A stretch of 64,000 bases of DNA from Candidatus Daviesbacteria bacterium (GTDB lineage Bacteria > Patescibacteriota > Microgenomatia > Daviesbacterales > UBA10151). Shown piece by piece: positions 41,130 to 51,353 of this stretch. The stretch lies in assembly GCA_016187025.1 (NCBI GenBank), contig JACPKM010000001.1:320055-384054 (forward strand), in the 5' to 3' direction. A program made the translations under genes and the position numbers. The stretch's first letter is position 1. Each line of letters begins with the position of its first letter. The notes below the pieces were generated by a model that was not told where the DNA came from, made no database searches, and saw only the letters and a program-made list of their open reading frames with translations.

Positions 41130-42010
41130 ACTTAATGAAGTTTAAAATCTGGTATTTTATATTTTCCCTTCTTGTAATTATTCCTGGGCTTTACTATTTG
41201 TTTATATCTGGTTTAAGGCTCGGTATAGATTTTACCGGTGGTGCTTTGCTTGAGTATAGATTTAAGCAAGAAATTAATACCCAACAGCTGGGAGATTTAT
41301 TAAAACAAAACAAGATTGAAGTAAGCCAAATTGTTTCAACTCAGGAAAACACCTATATCATTAAAGCAAAACCACTAACTCAGGAAAATATAAAAGATGT
41401 TAAAACTGCGTTGTCTAGTACATACGGTGAAATGGAGGAAAGAAGAATAGAAAATGTTGGTCCAACAATCGGAGCAGAGGTTTCCAAAAAAGCTGTCTTG
41501 GCTTTGGCTATCTCAGTGCTGGCAATAATATTATATATTACATATACTTTCAGAAAAGTTCCCAAGCCTGCATCTTCATGGCGTTTTGGAATTGCCACAA
41601 TTATTGCATTAGTCCATGATGTTTTAATGGTTGTTGGGGTTTTTGCTATACTTGGTCATTTTTGGCAAGTTGAGGTCGATACACTGTTTGTTACAGCCCT
41701 GCTTACCATTATCGGTTTTTCTGTACATGATACGATTGTGGTGTTTGACCGGATTAGAGAAAACTTAATAAAAAATATTGGACAAAGATTTGGGGATGTA
41801 GCCAATTTATCTGTTATTCAAACCCTTGCCAGATCTTTAAATACATCACTGACGCTAGTTTTTGTACTGATTGCCATGGTGCTGTTTGGAGGGGAAAGTC
41901 TAAGGTGGTTTGTAATAGCCATGTTAATCGGGGTGATTTCTGGGACATATTCATCTATATTTAATGCTACAGCAGTTTTGGCTCTTTGGGAGGAAAAACT
42001 TGGTCACTAA
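41126..42010 (+). CDS. secF: Protein translocase subunit SecF
   Basis: GIDFTGG, VGPTIG, ALVHD, GFSVHDTIVVFDRIREN, GTYSSIF. Confidence 0.97.
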   Translation: MNLMKFKIWYFIFSLLVIIPGLYYLFISGLRLGIDFTGGALLEYRFKQEINTQQLGDLLKQNKIEVSQIVSTQENTYIIKAKPLTQENIKDVKTALSSTYGEMEERRIENVGPTIGAEVSKKAVLALAISVLAIILYITYTFRKVPKPASSWRFGIATIIALVHDVLMVVGVFAILGHFWQVEVDTLFVTALLTIIGFSVHDTIVVFDRIRENLIKNIGQRFGDVANLSVIQTLARSLNTSLTLVFVLIAMVLFGGESLRWFVIAMLIGVISGTYSSIFNATAVLALWEEKLGH

Positions 42011-43365
42011 ATCTTTTTCATTCTTTCCAAAAGATATTCACGGTTGTTTTTAGAAGAATCTTCCAAAACCTCTTGAAAAAGAGTGTTGAGGATTTCTCCA
42101 ACCTTTGGACCGGGCTTTATGTTTAACTCTTTCATCACATCATTACCATTTATTTTAAGATCAGCAACAGTAAAGGGTTTTTTTAATACCTCATCTATTC
42201 TGTTCCTGAACTCTTTCATTCTCCAGGAAACAGCATTTTGTGTTCCACCCCCTAATCTGTCTCCAACTCGTACTGCCATCATATCGTCAATATTTTCTAC
42301 TCCTACATTTTTGATAAATCTTCTAACCGCAGAATCGGTTTGATTTACATCAACTGTAAAAAGATGCCACCTGACAAGTGCTACTAATTTTTCAACTTGC
42401 TTTTTAGATAGCTTGAATCTATGAGCAATCTGCTGGGCAATTTTTCCTCCTACTACATCATGACCATAAAAGGTGACGTTGCCATCTTTTTGCACAAATA
42501 CAGTATCTGGTTTACCAATATCATGAATGAGTGCAGCAAATCTGACTAAAGGGTTTGGGGAGGGAGTATGTTTTAGCGAGAGTAGACTATGTTCTCCTAT
42601 ATCATACTCTCTATCATGTTTTGGTCCTTCTTGTACAATACCAAAGCATCTTTCCAGCTCAGGTAATATTTTTTTTAAAATTCCTGATTCTCTTAAGCTT
42701 AATATGCCTTCATAGGAATTTTTAGACTCAAGTATTTTAAATAGTTCATCCCTAATTCTTTCCCAAGAAACCTTTTTTATTAAATCAGCGTTTTGTTTTA
42801 TAGCATCAAAGGTGTTTTGATCAACTTCAAAATTTAATTGGGTGGCAATTCTGATTGCCCGCATAAGTCGTAAGGCATCTTCCTGAAAACGGACATTGGG
42901 ATCACCTACAGCTCTAATGAGCTTATCTTTAATATCATTTTGTCCATGAAAAGGATCTATAAGAGTTAAGTCTTCACTCTTTACGCTTAACGCTTTACCC
43001 TTGCCTAAGGCTATAGCATTAATTGTAAAATCTCTTCTTGCTAAATCTTGATTAATATCCTGGGTCCAGGAGACTTGATCAGGATGCCTTAAATCTCTAT
43101 AAACCCCCTCTTTTCTCATAGTAGTGATTTCAATAATTCCTAAGTCTGAGGGAAGTCCTACTGTGCCAAACTTGTTGGTATAAAAAGCATTAGGGAATAA
43201 TTTCAAGATTTCATCCGGTTTGGCATCAGTTGTGAAATCCCAATCGTGGATCTCCCGTCCCATCAATAAATCACGTACTGCCCCTCCGACAACAAAAGCT
43301 TGATAACCGGATTTTTCTAAGTTTTCTAAAATTACTTTGACCTGGTCAGGTAAGTTATATTTCAT
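42007..43365 (-). CDS. cca: CCA tRNA nucleotidyltransferase with HD domain
   Basis: VGGAVRD, DWDFTT, DLARRDFTINA, EDALRLMRA, ERIRDEL, HDIGKP. Confidence 0.92.
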   Translation of the reverse strand: MKYNLPDQVKVILENLEKSGYQAFVVGGAVRDLLMGREIHDWDFTTDAKPDEILKLFPNAFYTNKFGTVGLPSDLGIIEITTMRKEGVYRDLRHPDQVSWTQDINQDLARRDFTINAIALGKGKALSVKSEDLTLIDPFHGQNDIKDKLIRAVGDPNVRFQEDALRLMRAIRIATQLNFEVDQNTFDAIKQNADLIKKVSWERIRDELFKILESKNSYEGILSLRESGILKKILPELERCFGIVQEGPKHDREYDIGEHSLLSLKHTPSPNPLVRFAALIHDIGKPDTVFVQKDGNVTFYGHDVVGGKIAQQIAHRFKLSKKQVEKLVALVRWHLFTVDVNQTDSAVRRFIKNVGVENIDDMMAVRVGDRLGGGTQNAVSWRMKEFRNRIDEVLKKPFTVADLKINGNDVMKELNIKPGPKVGEILNTLFQEVLEDSSKNNREYLLERMKKI

Positions 43366-43425
43366 ATTATGTAAAGCAATTCAATTCTACACTGTGTAAG
43401 GTGTATGTTACAATTGCATCGGTTT

Positions 43426-45018
43426 ATGCAAAAAATCTGGAAAGTTAAACCCAAACAAAGCGAAGATATCCTCGAGCAACTCTTGATAAACCGCAATATC
43501 GCAGCAGATAAAGAAAAACAAGTCTTTTTTGACGCTAAGTTGGATGATTTTGAAAAAGAGTTACAAATCTCAGGAATTTTAAAGGCCCAAAAAAGGATAA
43601 AAGAGGCAATAGAAAAACAGGAACTCATTGTTATATATGGTGATTATGATGTAGACGGTATTAGCGCGTCAGCAATTTGTTATAAAGCTTTAACATCAAT
43701 TGGCGCAAAGGTTTTACCATATATTCCGCACCGGGAGAAAGAAGGTTATGGTTTGTCAGAAACTGGGTTAATGTTTGCCCGTGATTCAGGGGCAAGTTTG
43801 GTGATAACAGTTGATAATGGCATTGTTGCAATAAACCAAGCAAAATATGCAAAGGATTTAGAACTGGATTTAATAATTACTGATCATCATTTACCACTAA
43901 AGGAAAAGCCTCAAGCTTACTCAATTATCCATTCAACAAAAATGTGTGGAGCAGCAGTTGCCTGGTGTTTGGTAAGGGGGGTGATTGGTAAAAATCTAGC
44001 TCAAGACTTATTGCAGTTTGTAGCAATTGCAACTGTTTGTGATCTGATGCCTTTAATAGGTCTAGGACGGGTATTTTTAAAAGAAGGATTAAAAGCTTTA
44101 AGAAAAACAGATAATTTAGGACTGAGAGAGCTGGCAAAAGAGGCCAAAATAGATTTGGAAAATGTTGGCTCCTATGAGATAGGCCATATTTTAGGACCAA
44201 GACTTAATGCTGTAGGAAGGCTGGAGCATGCAATAGATGCTTTAAGGCTTTTGTGCACAAAACATGTGATAAAAGCAAAGACTTTAGCAAAGCTTCTTTC
44301 AGATACAAACAAAAAAAGGCAACAACTCACACTGGATGCAGTTGATGAGGCAAAGCTTTTAATAGATAAAACTAAAAAAGTTCACATATTATCCAGCCAA
44401 AATTGGTCCCAAGGAATAATAGGGTTGGTTGCCGGTAGAGTCTGTGGAGAATATTACCGGCCAGCAATTGCCATATCTGTTGGAGAAAGTATTTCTAAAG
44501 GTTCTGCTAGATCAGTTGCTGGACTAAATATTGTCGAAATTATCAGAGAGTGTAAGGATCTATTAATAGATGTTGGTGGTCATTCCGGTGCAGCAGGTTT
44601 TTCTTTATATAATGAAAACTTAAAAACTTTTATTGAGAAAATAGAAGGGTTGGTAATGGATTTACCCGATCAAATAGAGCAGGTTTTAGAAATAGATGCC
44701 CAGCTTGATAGTAAAAAAATAACCAAAAGTTTAATAAATAAACTAGAGGATTTTGAACCGTTTGGTTTTGGTAATCCACGTCCTTTATTTGTAACAGAAA
44801 GAATGCAAGTTTCCGGTCTCAAAACAGTAGGGGAGGGAAAGCATCTAAAATTTAGGGCAGATAATATAGATGCCATAGGGTTTGGGGTGGGAGAGTGGAA
44901 AAATATTTTAACTAATGGGCAGTTTGTGGATCTGGTTTATAATATTGAATTAAATAGGTATAACGGTTTTGAGAAAATACAGCTAATGGTAAAAGATTTA
45001 AAGGTTTCTGATAGTTGA
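43426..45018 (+). CDS. recJ: Single-stranded DNA exonuclease RecJ
   Basis: GDYDVDG, TVDNG, TDHH, PRLNA.GRL, GSARS, GGH..AAG, EPFG.GNP.P. Confidence 0.97.
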   Translation: MQKIWKVKPKQSEDILEQLLINRNIAADKEKQVFFDAKLDDFEKELQISGILKAQKRIKEAIEKQELIVIYGDYDVDGISASAICYKALTSIGAKVLPYIPHREKEGYGLSETGLMFARDSGASLVITVDNGIVAINQAKYAKDLELDLIITDHHLPLKEKPQAYSIIHSTKMCGAAVAWCLVRGVIGKNLAQDLLQFVAIATVCDLMPLIGLGRVFLKEGLKALRKTDNLGLRELAKEAKIDLENVGSYEIGHILGPRLNAVGRLEHAIDALRLLCTKHVIKAKTLAKLLSDTNKKRQQLTLDAVDEAKLLIDKTKKVHILSSQNWSQGIIGLVAGRVCGEYYRPAIAISVGESISKGSARSVAGLNIVEIIRECKDLLIDVGGHSGAAGFSLYNENLKTFIEKIEGLVMDLPDQIEQVLEIDAQLDSKKITKSLINKLEDFEPFGFGNPRPLFVTERMQVSGLKTVGEGKHLKFRADNIDAIGFGVGEWKNILTNGQFVDLVYNIELNRYNGFEKIQLMVKDLKVSDS

Positions 45019-45020
45019 AA

Positions 45021-45578
45021 TTATTTTACTATATCTGATGTGGGATCTTCTGAATGATCTCTGGGAGGTCTATTACTATCGCTCATGATTCTATTGCCTT
45101 CTTTTTCCTCATGTTCTTCTGCAGCAGCAGCTATTTGTTGTGTTGTTGCTTCTCCAACCAGCCTATTGTGCTTTTCTTGCTCTTCGGTGGGTTGATACAC
45201 ACCCAGATTAGGATATCTTACAACCCTTTGTGCTGTTTCTCTTCCACCAACCAATCCTGGCTCAGTCGCATCAAGGGTTGATACTGCATTTCTGGCAGCA
45301 TCTTTAATAGGTTGAGTAATTTGATCACCTAATGCTTGACCCTCTGAACTTTGAGAGGCTGCTACTCCAATGGGAACTCCTAAAAGCCCACCTATTAACA
45401 TACCTACTCCAGCTAACCTTGCTTTCCACCCTACCCCTCTTTTTTTCTCTTGAAGTTGAGCAAGAAAAGGCTGCCGGTTTTCAAAGCTTCCTGGAGAAGC
45501 TCTTCCTCCCATGCCCAAACCAGGATTCACCGGAGCTACATATCCTTTTGGTAGGTCATTCTCCCCTGAGTCTTCCAT
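45021..45578 (-). CDS. Hypothetical single-TM protein
   Basis: 185-aa ORF with one hydrophobic segment (LAGVGMLIGGLLGVPIGVAA); starts 39 bp downstream of the peptidase gene. Confidence 0.7.
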   Translation of the reverse strand: MEDSGENDLPKGYVAPVNPGLGMGGRASPGSFENRQPFLAQLQEKKRGVGWKARLAGVGMLIGGLLGVPIGVAASQSSEGQALGDQITQPIKDAARNAVSTLDATEPGLVGGRETAQRVVRYPNLGVYQPTEEQEKHNRLVGEATTQQIAAAAEEHEEKEGNRIMSDSNRPPRDHSEDPTSDIVK

Positions 45579-45617
45579 ATATTTACCCTAGCTTAAATTT
45601 TAGTAGATTGCAATAGG

Positions 45618-46697
45618 CTAAACTGAGATTAGTTTTTGGCAAAATTCTGCTGCTTGAACCATTTGAGGAATAACTACATATTCCCTTGTTGTGTGGGCAT
45701 CAAAATCGCCTGTGCCGACAACAACTGCTTCTATTCCATGAGTATGAAAAATATTTACATCAGTTCCACCGCCGGAATGTTGTAAGTTAGGAGATAAATT
45801 CATTTGTTTAAAAACTTCTCTTATGTGTTTTATCACCCGATGGTTTTCATCAAAAAAGTAAGCCTCAAATTCGCGGGATATATCTGCATCGATTTTGGCA
45901 TTTGGATATTTTGATAAAACATTATCAAAAACTTCCTGAAAATGTTTAGTGTGTTTTTCTAACTTTTCTTTATTTCTACTCCTTATCTCCCCCTTAAAGT
46001 GGACTTTTTCAGGAACTGCATTTCTGGCACTGCCTCCCTCAATAAGTCCAATATTGGCAGTTGTTTCTTTGTCGATTCTTCCAAGTTGTAATTGAGAGAT
46101 AATCTCTGAGGCTATTTGTATGGCAGATAATCCTTTTTCCGGATCTGCTCCCGCATGTGCAGCCCTGCCTATAACAGTTACATTGACGCTGTTGTAACCA
46201 GGGGAGGAAATGTCGATATTATGTAATTCCTTTTCACCGTCAAAAGTAACTCCTCTTTTGGCAGAAATTTGAGAATAGTCTAAATTTATTGCACCTCCTA
46301 AAGAGCTTTCTTCTTCTCTGGTAAAAACTACCTCAATTGGCAGATGCTTTTTCCCATCTTCAATTACAGAAGTTAAAGCTTCTAAAATAGCAGTAACCCC
46401 GGCTTTTGGATCTCCCCCTAAGACAGTTGTCCCGTCAGATTTGATAATATCCCCATCAATAATTGGTTTAATGCCTCTTCCTGGTTCCACAGTATCCATA
46501 TGGGCATTAAGCATGATTGGTTCACCCGCACCATCCAATGTTCCAATGACATTTCCATAAGTATCTCTCAGGACTTTAAATCCTAAAGTCTTTAGTCTTT
46601 TCATCAATTCTTTAGCCATTTCCTCCTCCTCTCCAGAAGGAGAATCAATTTTTACTAAATCCAAAAAAGTTTCTACTAGTCTTTTCTGATCAACCAT
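45618..46697 (-). CDS. M20 family metallopeptidase (peptidase T-like)
   Basis: IDSPSGEE, NAHMDTV, LGGDPKAG, FTREEE, AHAG..PE.G, GGG.D.N, HT..E. Confidence 0.93.
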   Translation of the reverse strand: MVDQKRLVETFLDLVKIDSPSGEEEEMAKELMKRLKTLGFKVLRDTYGNVIGTLDGAGEPIMLNAHMDTVEPGRGIKPIIDGDIIKSDGTTVLGGDPKAGVTAILEALTSVIEDGKKHLPIEVVFTREEESSLGGAINLDYSQISAKRGVTFDGEKELHNIDISSPGYNSVNVTVIGRAAHAGADPEKGLSAIQIASEIISQLQLGRIDKETTANIGLIEGGSARNAVPEKVHFKGEIRSRNKEKLEKHTKHFQEVFDNVLSKYPNAKIDADISREFEAYFFDENHRVIKHIREVFKQMNLSPNLQHSGGGTDVNIFHTHGIEAVVVGTGDFDAHTTREYVVIPQMVQAAEFCQKLISV

Positions 46698-46733
46698 AAG
46701 CACTTGTATTGTAACAAAGATATTAGAGAATAA

Positions 46734-47786
46734 TTAATTAGACTTTCCTAAAAATTGCTTGAAGTGATGTAGGAACTCTTGATTTTTTTCTCTATGAATT
46801 CTGTCTGGAGATTCGCCCATTTTAATCTCAGTTTCCTCATTTTTTGCAACTATGAACTCGATTAGCCTTTTAAGAAATTCATCTTCACTCAAAGTTCCAC
46901 TAACTAAACTCTCTAAGGCAACTCTCGTTAGTTTACTATCATCACGCGGATCTAACGCCAGCAATTTAGCAACTCTATAACGAGGTATGGCGTCAGTAAT
47001 AGCTGAGATTACCTGATGTAATTCAGGGCTATATCGATGAGGGTCTAACGCATCCTCTAATCTAGGGTTAGTTTTTAAAGTAGCCATATAACTGGCTGCT
47101 TCTTCAGACAAACCAGCGCTTACATAAAACTGTATAAATTCTTCAGGAGCTTCAAAGGTGCCCCGAACTTGATGTATCTCCATGCTACCTAATAATTCCT
47201 TCCAACCGTCACTCATCAAGTCGGGGTCTCCAAAAGTGTCTACCCACTTCTCTGAATGGCTTGTGCCAATGACTGCATTCCCTTGATCCATATGCTCTAG
47301 AAGACGGTGAACAATTGTGTGGCTTCTAACTAGGAATTCCCCACGCGGCATTTTTCTTATTTTCCTGCTACCGCCGATGATGTAATCTAAGCTATCCCAA
47401 AATAGCTCAGCTTGAAACCTATCTGCCCATCTCATAGCGGATCGAACTTTCGGTTCTGGAGTCATAGTAAAGTGTCCATCTACATACGCGTAAGGATTTC
47501 CATCTTCTCTATATAAAGTTCTAAGACCATACATTAAGGCACTTTTTCCAGCTCCTAATTCACCAACAACTAATACTGATTTCCCCCCTGCTGCTTTACT
47601 AGCCAATTCTAAAGTTTCACTTGGAAGCCAAATGTTACGGTTACCTCTTTGAATTCCAAATTTTCTAAGTTTTTCCACTAATTGAGGATCATAAAAACCC
47701 AAACCTGTCCGGCGATGGAATACTTCCTCATCTCTAACGATAAGATCAGGATTAATATGAGAGTTTTTTTGTTCTACCCACACCAT
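46734..47786 (-). CDS. Uncharacterised P-loop NTPase
   Basis: Walker A VVGELGAGKS; Walker B-like LFWDSLD; tightly packed in the operon. Confidence 0.8.
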   Translation of the reverse strand: MVWVEQKNSHINPDLIVRDEEVFHRRTGLGFYDPQLVEKLRKFGIQRGNRNIWLPSETLELASKAAGGKSVLVVGELGAGKSALMYGLRTLYREDGNPYAYVDGHFTMTPEPKVRSAMRWADRFQAELFWDSLDYIIGGSRKIRKMPRGEFLVRSHTIVHRLLEHMDQGNAVIGTSHSEKWVDTFGDPDLMSDGWKELLGSMEIHQVRGTFEAPEEFIQFYVSAGLSEEAASYMATLKTNPRLEDALDPHRYSPELHQVISAITDAIPRYRVAKLLALDPRDDSKLTRVALESLVSGTLSEDEFLKRLIEFIVAKNEETEIKMGESPDRIHREKNQEFLHHFKQFLGKSN

Positions 47787-47788
47787 AT

Positions 47789-48871
47789 TTATGCAGTCTT
47801 TGTAAATTCTGTTAAGAATTTAACTAACTCCTCCATATCTTTTAAATTTACATACTCTGTATATTGATGTGCGAGATAATATCCAGAGCCGATAGGAACA
47901 GCTACAATTTTTTTAGTATTAAAAATATTAGCATCACTGCCACCATAGGTTTTATAATAGTTAGGTTTGGTATGCATTTTTTGATAAGTTTGCTCGAGTT
48001 TGTTAAACAGATTGTGATCAGAGGGGAGTTTATAGCTTTCAAACTCAAGCTTACTATCAATTATAGCCTTCACTTTAAATTCCAGACTTTTTGATTTTAA
48101 AATATTTTCAACTTTTCTGCCTTGACTTATAAGCTTTTTATTATCAAAACTTCTTAACTCTATTTGACACTTGGCTTTTCCAGCAACACTGTTCCTGGCT
48201 GTTCCGCCACTCAAAGTGCCTACATTACAAGTAACTCCGGATATAATCTCGCCTTGTTTGATATTTGCAATTGATTTACAGGCTGCCGCAAGTGCATTGG
48301 CTCCTTCATACCAATCCCTGGGATGTACAGTTGTTCCAACAAACTCTACATCTATTCGATAATAACCGGGTGCTTGGATTACTACATTGGTATAAGGTCC
48401 ATCTTCATCCAATATTAGGCCCACTTTTGATTTAATTTTTGAATAGTCAAGATTTATAGCCCCATGTAAACCAGTTTCTTCACCTCTAGTAAAAACAAAT
48501 TCAATAGGCCTTGTTTTTACCTGATTATTTTTTAAATGTGATGCAAGTAGTAACAGCACGGCTAGACCTGACTTGGGATCAGCGCCTAATATCGACTTTC
48601 CATTGGATCGAATAATATTACCCTTTATAGTAAAGTCTAAATTAGGAACACTCTCAGGTATATCCAAATGGGTATTTAACAATATAGGCTCACCTGTTCC
48701 TGGATAGAAGGCTATAACATTTCTAAAATTATCTAAAATATTAGGAATCCCCAGAGTATCAAGATATCCTTGCACATACTTAATTACCTGATCCTCTTGA
48801 TCGTATATCTCGTCTATTTTTATAAGATCTAAGAAAACCTTTTGTAATTTGCTTTGTAAATCGTTTTTCAT
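47789..48871 (-). CDS. M20 family metallopeptidase (peptidase T-like), second paralog
   Basis: NTHLD, LGADPKSG, FTRGEE, GG.ARN, GGSDAN, AHQ.TE. Confidence 0.92.
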   Translation of the reverse strand: MKNDLQSKLQKVFLDLIKIDEIYDQEDQVIKYVQGYLDTLGIPNILDNFRNVIAFYPGTGEPILLNTHLDIPESVPNLDFTIKGNIIRSNGKSILGADPKSGLAVLLLLASHLKNNQVKTRPIEFVFTRGEETGLHGAINLDYSKIKSKVGLILDEDGPYTNVVIQAPGYYRIDVEFVGTTVHPRDWYEGANALAAACKSIANIKQGEIISGVTCNVGTLSGGTARNSVAGKAKCQIELRSFDNKKLISQGRKVENILKSKSLEFKVKAIIDSKLEFESYKLPSDHNLFNKLEQTYQKMHTKPNYYKTYGGSDANIFNTKKIVAVPIGSGYYLAHQYTEYVNLKDMEELVKFLTEFTKTA

Positions 48872-49785
48872 TATTCTTTCACCGCGACGTATAGATGATC
48901 TGGAGTACCCATCATTCCTAAATCATCTTTCTCCCTAATTCTACGATCGTGGTAAGAAGAATAATTTCTTAATGGTCCCAAACAGTGAAGTTTCATACCA
49001 AATCTGGCAAACTGTTCAATTAGTATTGGATCTGGAACAACAAGCTTATCATAGCTATGTTTTGGTACGATTAGCTCTCCTCCTATTGAAGTTACCTCAC
49101 AGGTAAGGTGTAAGGTACTTGTACCATCTGCATTCGGAACAGACCATCTTTGTCTCCTATCAAAGACATCAAACTCAATATCTCCATCAATAACCCTATC
49201 TGGCCAAGTTGTATCATACACTTCTCCAACAGGTGGATTATACCTTTCGCCCATGTAATCAAATACCAAAACTCCCCCCCGTTTTAAAGGTTTTCCCAGC
49301 GCTTCAATAAATTCTAAATGCCCGTCAGAATCTGTAACATCCCCCAGACTATTACCCATTAAAAAAGCTAGAGGAATATCGTGATTTTGAGCAAACCGAT
49401 CAGTATCTCTTATGTCGGTATTATATGTTTGTACTTGACCCGTATCTCCTTGACAAAAACGTTCTCGACCTACAGCTAAGCTTTCATGAGAAAGGTCAAC
49501 AGCTATGACTCTTCTTACGCCTCTTTCAAGTAGGGGGGAGACGTGTCTTAATGTTCCAGCACAAGGAGCATATACAACTTCTGGCATCTCATGATCGGTG
49601 AATTTTTGATAGCTACTCAATACTACTTTTACTTCATCTATGCTCAGATATCTGTCAAAATGAATCTCGCCTTCTAGATTCATAAGCGTGCGATTGTCAT
49701 AATGGGCCGAGACCATATCCTGAAGAGAGTGACCCTGAAAAGTAGTTTTATTTGATTGTTTTCCAGCTTCTAATAATACGCTCAT
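48871..49785 (-). CDS. Class I SAM-dependent methyltransferase
   Basis: Motif I VYAPCAGTLRH, motif II VIAVDLS, DIR, FLMGNSLG, LKRGGVLVFD; start at ATG 49785, just after the upstream stop. Confidence 0.85.
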   Translation of the reverse strand: MSVLLEAGKQSNKTTFQGHSLQDMVSAHYDNRTLMNLEGEIHFDRYLSIDEVKVVLSSYQKFTDHEMPEVVYAPCAGTLRHVSPLLERGVRRVIAVDLSHESLAVGRERFCQGDTGQVQTYNTDIRDTDRFAQNHDIPLAFLMGNSLGDVTDSDGHLEFIEALGKPLKRGGVLVFDYMGERYNPPVGEVYDTTWPDRVIDGDIEFDVFDRRQRWSVPNADGTSTLHLTCEVTSIGGELIVPKHSYDKLVVPDPILIEQFARFGMKLHCLGPLRNYSSYHDRRIREKDDLGMMGTPDHLYVAVKE

Positions 49786-49786
49786 T

Positions 49787-51175
49787 TTATGAATATGTGA
49801 CCTCGGGCACATCTGCAAATACAACTGGTGCCATAACTGACATACCAGGTTTTATCTCTTTTCCAGAGCCTCCATGAGCTTTCTCAGACATGTATGTCAC
49901 AGTGCTTGAAACCCCAGCCATATGAGTTTCCTTCCTATGCTTTATGTACATTGGTGTTAATCTCATTGATCCCTGAAAAACATCGACCTCTCCGGTATCA
50001 GGTCTGTAGTATTGTTGAGGCATCCTACTTCTTAAGAATCTTTGAGCTATCCAAGGAGTATCCTGTCCAGAAAGAGCTTGTCTTAATGCTTCTACAAATA
50101 ACCGCTCATGATCCTTATCTTTAGGCATAACTAGACCTTTAGATTCTGTAGCTTCCGGATGGAAACCCGCACGTTTAATTACCCAAGAATTTCGCTCGGC
50201 AACGAGTTTGCTCGGGTTCATATCTTGAGGAGCTTCAACGTTTAAAACATGCCCTTCAATTAACCATTTATTAAGTAATTCTATTTGATCTGGTCCGTAT
50301 TTTTTCTCTTTTGCCATTAGTTCTTGAAACCAAGGTTGTTGGAATAAAACTAAAGTAGCTTTTGTTTCATAATGATAATTTAATGGGTTGTATGAAATAA
50401 CCTGAGGTTTTTGAGCAACATGCATGGCTTTATCTAGGCTTCCTGCTCGTTCCCATACATCCATATATCCAAACAGATAAACATTCGCCTGTTCAGGGAC
50501 TACCTTGTCTATTTCGTCTTTTGTCATTCCATCCAAACAATGAAGACCTCGATAGTCTCCTCCTAGTCTTCTGATTTCTTGACCAAATGCTTCTAACTCT
50601 GGAAGATATAATTTCCATTCCTGAGGATAAAATGCCAACCAAGGTCTATCAGCAAAGAAATTTACCCAATGCTCCATGTAGGCGCTTCTATCTAATCCAT
50701 ATCCTTCCATTAATGCAGGGATCATATAAGTTCCAGCTGGGCGTGTCTCGACCTCGGCAATCCCTCCAGTAAGAGTCCAGCTTCCATTGGGTTGTCTTTC
50801 CGAAGCTATAACCAGATCAGGTCTCATTAAAGTTATACCTCTCCTGTTATCTAAGGATTCTGGAGCGGATGGAATATGGGGTGGAACCTGGGCTTTGACA
50901 AATCTTTCTGCCAATGCTCTTTCTCTTACCGGACCATGTTTTAACAGCCAAGTGGAAAAGTTATATGCGTTAACTAAAACTTCGCCTAACTGATTTATCT
51001 CTTCCCCAAGTTTTACCGGTAATACAGTTGGTTCTATAGCTATACCCCATGGAACCTCCTCTCCTTTAAAAGAGAAGCCTGTTCCCTTAATATTTTCAAT
51101 TATTCCGGCTTTTGTAGGAGCTTTATATCCTTCCGGTAATTTAAATTGTTTTTCCTGATCTATAGTATTTGCCAT
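49787..51175 (-). CDS. Circularly permuted ATP-grasp amide ligase (glutathionylspermidine-synthase-like)
   Basis: MRPDL..IAEVE..PAG, YETKA, WVIK.AGF..ESKGL, PWIAQRF, MRLTP.Y, KAHGG in CP-ATP-grasp order. Confidence 0.75.
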   Translation of the reverse strand: MANTIDQEKQFKLPEGYKAPTKAGIIENIKGTGFSFKGEEVPWGIAIEPTVLPVKLGEEINQLGEVLVNAYNFSTWLLKHGPVRERALAERFVKAQVPPHIPSAPESLDNRRGITLMRPDLVIASERQPNGSWTLTGGIAEVETRPAGTYMIPALMEGYGLDRSAYMEHWVNFFADRPWLAFYPQEWKLYLPELEAFGQEIRRLGGDYRGLHCLDGMTKDEIDKVVPEQANVYLFGYMDVWERAGSLDKAMHVAQKPQVISYNPLNYHYETKATLVLFQQPWFQELMAKEKKYGPDQIELLNKWLIEGHVLNVEAPQDMNPSKLVAERNSWVIKRAGFHPEATESKGLVMPKDKDHERLFVEALRQALSGQDTPWIAQRFLRSRMPQQYYRPDTGEVDVFQGSMRLTPMYIKHRKETHMAGVSSTVTYMSEKAHGGSGKEIKPGMSVMAPVVFADVPEVTYS

Positions 51176-51200
51176 AAAAAAACCTCCCTTTTGGGAGGTC
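51176..51200 (-). terminator. Attenuator terminator hairpin that also sequesters the SD of the ligase gene
   Basis: Minus strand GACCTCCC-AAAA-GGGAGGTTTTTTT immediately followed by ATG 51175. Confidence 0.85.
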
Positions 51201-51224
51201 TCCTTTTTTTAGGGTTATTAGGTT

Positions 51225-51332
51225 TTACCTAATCTGACCTCCCCTTAAAGTGCCCATAATAAGGCGCACCCATAGGAGATAGGTAAAGCAAATAATAACA
51301 CTTTGAATATTTAAAACTATAGTTTTATTCAT
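51225..51332 (-). CDS. Putative attenuation leader peptide (35 aa, not in ORF track)
   Basis: MNKTIVLNIQSVIICFTYLLWVRLIMGTLRGGQIR*; its 3' part carries antiterminator GGGGAGGTC. Confidence 0.7.
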   Translation of the reverse strand: MNKTIVLNIQSVIICFTYLLWVRLIMGTLRGGQIR

Positions 51333-51353
51333 ATAACCTAGAGTATTTAAAGT

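Noticed and set aside
51228-51251. Leader peptide ends in LRGGQIR, reminiscent of ubiquitin LRGG, Pup GGQ or a double-glycine RiPP leader, next to a ligase
   Set aside because: These codons are the antiterminator GGGGAGGTC, which explains the sequence. GG is not terminal and the core would be only 3 aa. A precursor role is not excluded but is unsupported.
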